The position numbers and the translations under genes were made by a program. DNA of 64,000 nt, taken from IMG/VR virus record IMGVR_UViG_3300027280_000002, positions 1-64,000 of that record. One strand, written 5' to 3'. The stretch comes from a virus. The notes beneath the pieces are model-generated. The model had not been told where the DNA came from. It made no database searches and saw nothing but the letters and a program-made list of their open reading frames with translations. Below, piece by piece: positions 57,318-64,000 of the stretch. Numbering within the stretch: position 1 is the stretch's first letter; each line of letters opens with the position of its first letter.

Positions 57318-60300
57318 ATGTTATCACCAAGACTAACGAATTGTAAAGAATGTGCAAACATTCCTGATTTACTTAGAAAAATAGATTGTAAATTAGCAGA
57401 GCTAGGAAACAACTTATACAACAATGTTGTATTTATGTTGAACAGACCTATTGCTGTTAGTCAGATTTCAGAACTGTTAGTATACAAACGTGTACTAACT
57501 TTTCGTTATTGTGATACACATTATGCATCAGGATGTCCGGAGGTAAGTACAGAAGATATTGCAAGCAAGGTTATTCGTCTTACTGCTGGTTGTGTTTCAT
57601 TATGTAATGAACCTACAGTGTGTGAGATTACAACATGTGCTATAATTCCTTGTCCTAATCCAACAACAACAACTACAAGTACCTCTAGTACCAGCACTAC
57701 TACAACCACTAGCACCACAGCAACACCAACCACCACCACTACTACAACGATAACCCCAGATTGTAGAATAGAAGGATGCTTTGATATTATAGCTTTATCT
57801 ACTACAACTACTTCAACATCTTCAACATCTTCGACTACTACTACTAGTACAACTGTTGTACCGTTTGATTGTGCAGAGCCATTTAACTTAAGTTCTCCTG
57901 AAGCCTTTCCTAATGCTATCACTGGAAATGGAACTAAAGTATTGAGTAATGGAGTTTTGCTAACTACATCGTATACTCCAAATACGTTTAACCAACCTCC
58001 TATCTATGTAGCTGGCGTCCCAGGCACAACAGAAGTATGTAATGGAGCATATGTAACTTCTCAGTCTGGTGGACAAGGAACATTGTCAATGCGTGGAGGT
58101 TCAACTGTTGTAATGGACTTTAATCCTCCAATAAATGCTATAGCGCTTGTCACTCAGGGTTATGGTTCTAGTAAAGATCCATCAGCGCAAGAGACTGTGG
58201 TTATAACATCTACTGATGTAATTGTTGCTACTGAATTAACAGCATGTGGTGACTATGCAACAACACAAATAAGTCAAAATGAAATTAATTTAACTGGATC
58301 ACAAGCTCTTTATCCAAACTATTCTGCAGGAGTTACAGCAATTTCACCAATTAGTGGAGGTATAAGTCAATTACAAATTACAATTAACCCACCTGCTGAT
58401 GCATTAGCTGGTATTGGTTTTGATTTTTATGTATGTCCTGGCAGTAGTCCAATAACTACGACAACAACTAGCACGTCTAGTACAACTACTACTACAACAA
58501 GTAGTTCAACTAGTACAACTACTAGTACGACTACAATTGTACCAACAACAACTACAACTACAACAATTGCTGCATGTGTGGATTGTATTCCTAGTGATGT
58601 AACAATTGGAACACAAACCTGGAGTAAGTGTAATTTAAATGTTGATACATATTTAAATGGTGATCCAATTCCAGAAGTAACAGACCCAAGTGCTTGGGTA
58701 GGATTAACTACAGGAGCTTGGTGTTACCATAGCAATGATTCTGCAAATGAACCAACTTATGGAAAATTATATAATTGGTTTGCTGTTAATGATCCAAGAG
58801 GGTTAGCTCCTGCAGGTTATCATATTCCAACTAATGATGAACTAATTACATTAATTAATTATATTGACCCAGCTTCATCAGGAGGTGCAACTGTACCAAA
58901 TAATGCAGGAGGTCCATTAAAAGAAGTACAATTCTGTCATTGGGATGCACCTAATACTGCAGCAACAAATAGTTCAGGTTTCACAGGTCTTCCAGGAGGT
59001 TTTCGTGAGCCTCTCTCTGGGGTGTTTGGTGGTATTAATGAGGGTGGTACATGGTGGAGTAGTACAGACGAGATAGTAGGGCCTGATGCTTTTGCTTTTA
59101 GTTTATACAATAATCAGACTTGGGCGTATAGAAATGACTGGAATCAAAATCACGGTTATTCAGTTCGTCTAATAAAAGATACAGGAACTACAACAACCAC
59201 CACTTTAGCACCAACAACCACTACAACTAGTACATCTAGTACATCAACTACAACTAGTACAACAACTGTTGCTCCTACTACAACTAGTACAACAACTGTT
59301 GCTCCTACTACCACTACTACAACTACAGTGGTGGCACCAACAACAACTACAACCACAACGGTAACACCTACTACAACTACAACAACAACTATTACACCAC
59401 TAGTTGGATGTCTAGAGTTTGACTATTTAAGTCTTATAGTTAGTAGCGATTGGATTCTAGATCCACCTACTGACTCTCTATTTGCTCGAGCAGATTATTT
59501 TACAGGACCAACTACAAACACAACAAGTTATACCAACTGGTCTCAAGTTCCAAATACCAACTATGATGTAGTATTTAATATAGGAGGAGTAGACTATACA
59601 GCAGTGTATCAATTTATCAATGTTGGAACTGGAGGAGTTACTGTTCCTTATGGTAAATTTAGTGTTAACAGTGTCAACTTCTCAGCTATGTCTACATTCC
59701 AATTTTCAAAGATAGATGCAAATGGTAATGACTTATCATCAATACTTTCTACCTTTGATCATACAACTGGAGATGGTTATAAAGTTACTGCATATGGAGA
59801 TTGTACAACACCAACAACAACAACTACAACCACTGTAGCTCCAACAACAACAACTACAACCACCTTACCTGTTTTCCTTTGTACAGATCCACTACTAACA
59901 GTATCTTTACCTGATGGAATTGTAGGAGATCCACTGAATGGAAGTGTTGTATATGATGGACTCAATCTAGCTATAACTGGTTACACTTATGGTGGGGGTA
60001 ATACAACTGTATATATTGCTGGAACAGTTGCTTATACGCTTGCATTTATTGTTCCTTCAGGATATAGTAACTCAGGATCTGCTACTGGTTGCGCTGTTGC
60101 AGCAACTGGTACAACACCAACAACTACAACTACAACAACTGTTGCTCCTACTACTACAACTACAACCACTAGTGCAAAAAGCTACGATATTAATTGGCAA
60201 GTTGATGGAGGAGGAAATGGATTTAAAGAAGCAGAATTACAATTATTTAAAAATGGAGCGAGTGTAGTAACTCAAGTTATTACTAATGGCACGCCTTCGG

Positions 60301-60920
60301 TACAAGGATTGTTTTCAAGTTCTAACGGTGATGTTATTAATGCTAAACTTACTACTAAGAACTTAACAAGTGAAGAGACTCAAGTGCAGAATAGTTTTTC
60401 ATTGATAGGAGCAGGAGGTGGAGGTCTGCAAGAATTAGATACAGGTATACTACAACCACCTGCTGGTGGAGTCACAAATTCACTTGCGACTAGTTTTAGT
60501 ACTGGATATACTCAACCTGGTGTTACTAATGGTCCTTTATTATTATTTAAAGTAAATCAAGAACAAATAGCATCATCTGAAATTACTATGTCGCTTACTA
60601 ATAACGGTGCTAATTTTAACTTTGAAATAGAAGATAATGATCAGCCAGGTGATCCTGTAGTATTGAGTATACCAACAACTGGTCCACTTTGGAATGGTAA
60701 TTATTATTATGACTTCTTAGTTGGTAGAGAATATACAGTTACATTTCCATATTCAAACAACGAAGTTGGAGGTGTATCTACTGAACTAGTTATAAGCGGT
60801 GGTGGAATGACACCATTTAGCGATCAGGTGGATAATCCTTCTGGTTCAGTAAACACTATAACCCATACATTTACAGTATTAAATGCTACATCAATAGTAA
60901 TTGAAGCATTTGAATATTAA
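57318..60920 (+). CDS. 1200-aa modular virion surface protein with poly-Thr linkers and a Fib_succ_major (FISUMP) domain
   Basis: Cys-rich N-terminus and six Thr/Ser tracts. VTIGTQTW..NL, YGKLYNW, GLPGG, WWSST and GYSVRL at about 58596-59181. Confidence 0.8.
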   Translation: MLSPRLTNCKECANIPDLLRKIDCKLAELGNNLYNNVVFMLNRPIAVSQISELLVYKRVLTFRYCDTHYASGCPEVSTEDIASKVIRLTAGCVSLCNEPTVCEITTCAIIPCPNPTTTTTSTSSTSTTTTTSTTATPTTTTTTTITPDCRIEGCFDIIALSTTTTSTSSTSSTTTTSTTVVPFDCAEPFNLSSPEAFPNAITGNGTKVLSNGVLLTTSYTPNTFNQPPIYVAGVPGTTEVCNGAYVTSQSGGQGTLSMRGGSTVVMDFNPPINAIALVTQGYGSSKDPSAQETVVITSTDVIVATELTACGDYATTQISQNEINLTGSQALYPNYSAGVTAISPISGGISQLQITINPPADALAGIGFDFYVCPGSSPITTTTTSTSSTTTTTTSSSTSTTTSTTTIVPTTTTTTTIAACVDCIPSDVTIGTQTWSKCNLNVDTYLNGDPIPEVTDPSAWVGLTTGAWCYHSNDSANEPTYGKLYNWFAVNDPRGLAPAGYHIPTNDELITLINYIDPASSGGATVPNNAGGPLKEVQFCHWDAPNTAATNSSGFTGLPGGFREPLSGVFGGINEGGTWWSSTDEIVGPDAFAFSLYNNQTWAYRNDWNQNHGYSVRLIKDTGTTTTTTLAPTTTTTSTSSTSTTTSTTTVAPTTTSTTTVAPTTTTTTTVVAPTTTTTTTVTPTTTTTTTITPLVGCLEFDYLSLIVSSDWILDPPTDSLFARADYFTGPTTNTTSYTNWSQVPNTNYDVVFNIGGVDYTAVYQFINVGTGGVTVPYGKFSVNSVNFSAMSTFQFSKIDANGNDLSSILSTFDHTTGDGYKVTAYGDCTTPTTTTTTTVAPTTTTTTTLPVFLCTDPLLTVSLPDGIVGDPLNGSVVYDGLNLAITGYTYGGGNTTVYIAGTVAYTLAFIVPSGYSNSGSATGCAVAATGTTPTTTTTTTVAPTTTTTTTSAKSYDINWQVDGGGNGFKEAELQLFKNGASVVTQVITNGTPSVQGLFSSSNGDVINAKLTTKNLTSEETQVQNSFSLIGAGGGGLQELDTGILQPPAGGVTNSLATSFSTGYTQPGVTNGPLLLFKVNQEQIASSEITMSLTNNGANFNFEIEDNDQPGDPVVLSIPTTGPLWNGNYYYDFLVGREYTVTFPYSNNEVGGVSTELVISGGGMTPFSDQVDNPSGSVNTITHTFTVLNATSIVIEAFEY
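59247..59311 (+). repeat. Perfect 30-bp tandem duplication (x2) within a Thr linker
   Basis: ACTACAACTAGTACAACAACTGTTGCTCCT repeated. Confidence 0.85.
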
Positions 60921-60942
60921 TAACAAATAAAATAAAAAAATT

Positions 60943-62025
60943 ATGTCAACACAAAATTGCTCAAATTGTTATAACGGATGCACTGAAATTACTTCAGACA
61001 GATGTGTTAAATATACAGGAGTAGATGTTCCTATTTTAGGAATACAGACTGGGGACTCTCTATCTTTTGTAGAGCAGGCTATTATAACTTTCTTAAGTTC
61101 TACAATTGATGGAACAGGAGTATTTCCTATAATACAACCAACTGATATATGTCCAATCGTAGAAGCTAACTTGCCAGTATGTGATCCGCTTTCTTTAAAC
61201 AATTATCTTACAGGTATAGTTCAAACTATCTGTAACTTAAATGAACAAATACAACTTATAGAAGAAAGTGAACCAACCAGTGCATATGAGGTAGGATGTG
61301 TGTCAGGAGTAACAGATAACACTTCTACTCAAGATGTTTTACAACAAACTATAGTAAAGTTATGTGAAGTTGAGCAATCACTAAATACTTTCATTACAGA
61401 TGTTACTACTAACTATGTAAGAATCGTTGATATAAATACATATATAGATAACTATTTTAACACTAACCCTACACAACAATTAATAAATAATAGAATGGTT
61501 CCATTCTCTGCTCAACCTTATTTTGGAGACTTGTCTCCATTTAGTCAGTCAGGAGCTGGTATAGGCGTTTGGGATAGAATCTTTTTATGTAATGGGCAAA
61601 ATGGAACACCTGATCTTAGAGGAAGAGTACCAGTTGGTACTACTAGTGGAATGGGAGGAGCTTCGTTAGATTCTGCAGTTGACCCTAATGTAGCTGGAAA
61701 CCCAACATATAATCTTAATACTCCTGTTGGAACTAACAGTGTTACATTAGGTATTACACAAATACCTTCACATACACATACAATTACCATTGGACCATCA
61801 ACGCCTACAATAACCCCTACAGGAAAGGCAGCAGGACCTTACGTTGGTAATAATATTGGTGGAGGATTTAAAGGTGGGGATAATGACTTTAAAATGAGAT
61901 CGTTTGTAGCAGATCCCCTTCCACCGCATTCACATTCTGCTACAATAAATCCGACAGGTGGAGGATTATCACATGATAATTTTCAACCTGGCCTTGGATC
62001 ATATTATATAATTTACATACCTTAA
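60943..62025 (+). CDS. Tail fibre/collar protein with Cys-rich N-terminus
   Basis: LCNGQNGTPDLRGRVPVG (tail collar), QIPSHTH and PPHSH (His metal sites), HDNFQP..YYIIY. Confidence 0.8.
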   Translation: MSTQNCSNCYNGCTEITSDRCVKYTGVDVPILGIQTGDSLSFVEQAIITFLSSTIDGTGVFPIIQPTDICPIVEANLPVCDPLSLNNYLTGIVQTICNLNEQIQLIEESEPTSAYEVGCVSGVTDNTSTQDVLQQTIVKLCEVEQSLNTFITDVTTNYVRIVDINTYIDNYFNTNPTQQLINNRMVPFSAQPYFGDLSPFSQSGAGIGVWDRIFLCNGQNGTPDLRGRVPVGTTSGMGGASLDSAVDPNVAGNPTYNLNTPVGTNSVTLGITQIPSHTHTITIGPSTPTITPTGKAAGPYVGNNIGGGFKGGDNDFKMRSFVADPLPPHSHSATINPTGGGLSHDNFQPGLGSYYIIYIP

Positions 62026-62037
62026 AATAAAAACAAA

Positions 62038-62349
62038 ATGGCATACTTACCTGTAAATCCTTGTTGCACAGATGTAGTTTCAAACACTCCTTGTGGATGT
62101 TCAAGCACTACAAGCAATAATCCTTGTGCAACTGGGGTACATTATTCAAAGTCTATTACATACAATGGACCTGTATTACCTTGTTCAAATGTGCAACCTT
62201 GTGATGATTTAAACATTGCTTTGTCTAAAATTGACGCAATTATTTGTACATTGGTAAACCAACAAGCAATCAATACATCTGAAATTGCTACTATAAAGCA
62301 GCAAGTAATAAGTATAAATCAAACATTAACAACTTGTTGTGACTCATAA
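62038..62349 (+). CDS. Cys-rich coiled-coil virion protein
   Basis: PCC, PCGC, ITYNGP.LPC resembling the N-terminus of the preceding gene; ends TCCDS. Confidence 0.7.
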   Translation: MAYLPVNPCCTDVVSNTPCGCSSTTSNNPCATGVHYSKSITYNGPVLPCSNVQPCDDLNIALSKIDAIICTLVNQQAINTSEIATIKQQVISINQTLTTCCDS

Positions 62350-62597
62350 TGGAAGCAATCTTAACACTAAATACAGCAGGAAATAATACTGGATCTTTTA
62401 ATCTGTTTTCAGACGTAGATGGATTTAGTGTTGCTTTTCAAACAAATGTAACTAAAACCCAGTTATTGAATGGGTATACAGCTGTGATGCCTGATTACAC
62501 TACTATAGTAAAAGTAGCATCAGGTTCAGTTTGTAAAAATAGTATTGAGATAACACTAGAACAAACAACCACAACAACCACCACAATAACACCGTAG
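62349..62597 (+). CDS. 82-aa protein with C-terminal poly-Thr tag
   Basis: Ends EQTTTTTTTITP*; paralogous to the N-terminus of the next gene. Confidence 0.75.
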   Translation: MEAILTLNTAGNNTGSFNLFSDVDGFSVAFQTNVTKTQLLNGYTAVMPDYTTIVKVASGSVCKNSIEITLEQTTTTTTTITP

Positions 62598-62601
62598 GAC
62601 A

Positions 62602-64000
62602 ATGACAATACTTATAACATTAACTTTAGCAGGCATAGATACAGGTCCATTTGATCTATATTCTGATGCAGATAATTATCAAAATGCATTTGAGACTAAT
62701 GTTTCCAGACAAGATCTATTGAATGGTTACACTTCTAATAATGCCCCTGTTGGAACTACTACTGTTAGGTTAGATAGTACAAATCAGACTTGCGGTTCAG
62801 TGGATATATATTCTTGTGTTAGACCAAATTGTGATTTTACAGGAGAGATAATTTGTGATATTACAACAACTACAACCAGTACATCTTCATCTTCAACTAC
62901 AACTACTACTACTACATCAAGTGGACCTGGACCAATTACTTCACTATGTCTTTGGTCAACTCTTAACGAAGGAACCTCCGGAGAACTAGGAGTATATAAT
63001 ATAGACACCAATGTAGTAACTACAGTATTAGTTCCTAATGACTTTTTAGTAACCCAAGGTGTAACTAGACCTATATGTAGTACACAAAATAAACTTTGGT
63101 TAGCTAGTGAAACAGACCTTACCCAGAACAACTTTATAATTAGAGAATATGATGTAACTTTTACATCAGGTAATGTAGGTTTATCTTTTACAAGAGACAT
63201 TACTGTTAGCACACAAGGTATCCTATCATACCCTGGTTATTCTAGAGTTGGTTCTGAATGTACGGCACTAACTGCTATTAATGATACAAGTATAATAATA
63301 GTTTTTGGTGGACCAACTGCTACTGTTATTTCACCAGATGTATGGGGTTTTACTATTGATATAAGTCAAACAGGTAATATTGCTAAAAATCTAACATCTA
63401 GTATTGGAAGAACTGTTAAACCTGTAATAAATACCTATGGTAAGGTTGTTTCAAACCCTAGACTACTATATCTTAATAACGGTGATGTTATTACTAGTAT
63501 GAGGATGGATGGCGAAGTTGATGGTCCTTATAATGGGAATTATCTACAACAATACAACATTTCAAATAATGATCGTATAACTGGAACTATGAAGTTGCAG
63601 GATTTAGGCATTCCAGAATTTACCGTTAATTACACTTCTGAGAAATATATAGATATATTCTCAATAAATAGTAAATTATATGCTCTTCAACCAGAATTAA
63701 ATAGAGTATATGAAATATCACAAACTCCTGACTACCAACAACAATCATCAAATCTTGTAGGTACAAATGTAAAAAGTTTATCTACAACTAGTGGTTGTGC
63801 AGATATTACCCTTTATGCAGAACCAGAATGTGAATCTACTACAATACCTAATATGTACGACCAAGCAGGAGATGTGTACATAGGTCCAGTACCGTTTACG
63901 TATGCAGGTGTGACTGTTATGGCTAGTAGTACACTTGCTGCTGGATCTAACGGAATTGTTGGTACTGGTGGAGGGGTGACACTATATAAGTTGTGCGCTT
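62602..64000 (+). CDS. Modular virion protein with Thr/Ser linker; runs off the end of the window
   Basis: MTILITLTLAGIDTGPFDLYSDAD...LLNGYT...CDITTTTTSTSSSSTTTTTTSS. No stop seen, which explains its absence from the ORF track. Confidence 0.8.
   Translation, partial: MTILITLTLAGIDTGPFDLYSDADNYQNAFETNVSRQDLLNGYTSNNAPVGTTTVRLDSTNQTCGSVDIYSCVRPNCDFTGEIICDITTTTTSTSSSSTTTTTTTSSGPGPITSLCLWSTLNEGTSGELGVYNIDTNVVTTVLVPNDFLVTQGVTRPICSTQNKLWLASETDLTQNNFIIREYDVTFTSGNVGLSFTRDITVSTQGILSYPGYSRVGSECTALTAINDTSIIIVFGGPTATVISPDVWGFTIDISQTGNIAKNLTSSIGRTVKPVINTYGKVVSNPRLLYLNNGDVITSMRMDGEVDGPYNGNYLQQYNISNNDRITGTMKLQDLGIPEFTVNYTSEKYIDIFSINSKLYALQPELNRVYEISQTPDYQQQSSNLVGTNVKSLSTTSGCADITLYAEPECESTTIPNMYDQAGDVYIGPVPFTYAGVTVMASSTLAAGSNGIVGTGGGVTLYKLCA

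Noticed and set aside
58596-59181. Diversity-generating retroelement targeting the FISUMP domain
   Set aside because: No reverse transcriptase and no template/variable repeat pair seen in this window; one outside the window cannot be excluded.
57660-60170. Thr tracts as slippage microsatellites or a CRISPR-like array
   Set aside because: Codons are mixed ACA/ACT/ACC/ACG and in frame, with no constant repeat-spacer structure; only one exact 30-bp duplication was found.
57521-63212. Minus-strand poly-Val ORFs (57521, 59156, 59777, 62784; also 9793)
   Set aside because: They are antisense shadows of ACN Thr codons in the + strand genes.
1-64000. Stop-codon reassignment (TAG or TGA), as in some crAss-like phages
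   Set aside because: Long genes are intact under code 11, and TAG and TGA both terminate genes at sensible positions (e.g. capsid TAG, recA TGA, many ATGA overlaps).
1-64000. Prophage or integration module, or host chromosomal DNA
   Set aside because: No integrase, repressor or host operons seen; RecA, RNR, thioredoxin and GroES are embedded among phage genes.

Overview
This 64 kb window is part of an AT-rich, apparently lytic tailed dsDNA phage with a crAss-like (Crassvirales-type) gene set and order. It very probably infects an aquatic Bacteroidota/Flavobacteriia host, judged from TTTG-N19-21-TAnnTTTG promoters and A-rich translation starts without Shine-Dalgarno sequences. Layout: (1) 1-11.8 kb, mostly + strand: end of a tail fibre with an S74 chaperone domain, a four-domain methyltransferase/glycosyltransferase on the - strand, a lysis cassette, a glycosyltransferase flanked by two poly-Thr peptides, and a cluster of Lys-rich mini-proteins. 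(2) 11.8-43.6 kb, - strand: three GT2 enzymes, GroES, thioredoxin, RecA, class I RNR, exonuclease, HNH proteins, rIIA/rIIB, UDG, a sugar epimerase, primase, SSB, AAA ATPase, SF2 and DnaB helicases, PolB, SET and 3D domain proteins, and many small ORFs. (3) A G-rich divergent intergenic region at 43.6-43.95 kb. (4) 43.95-64 kb, + strand: HU/IHF, terminase, portal, scaffold, major capsid protein and Cys-rich, poly-Thr-bearing virion proteins. The strongest candidate for a new system is a phage-encoded, mucin-like protein O-glycosylation apparatus. It comprises about seven glycosyltransferase domains (including a plant HPAT/SERGT1-like enzyme and an Aah/TibC-type heptosyltransferase domain), a methyltransferase and an epimerase, together with at least six proteins carrying poly-Thr tracts or terminal T7AA(P) tags. 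All family assignments come from motif recognition by eye; no database search was run.
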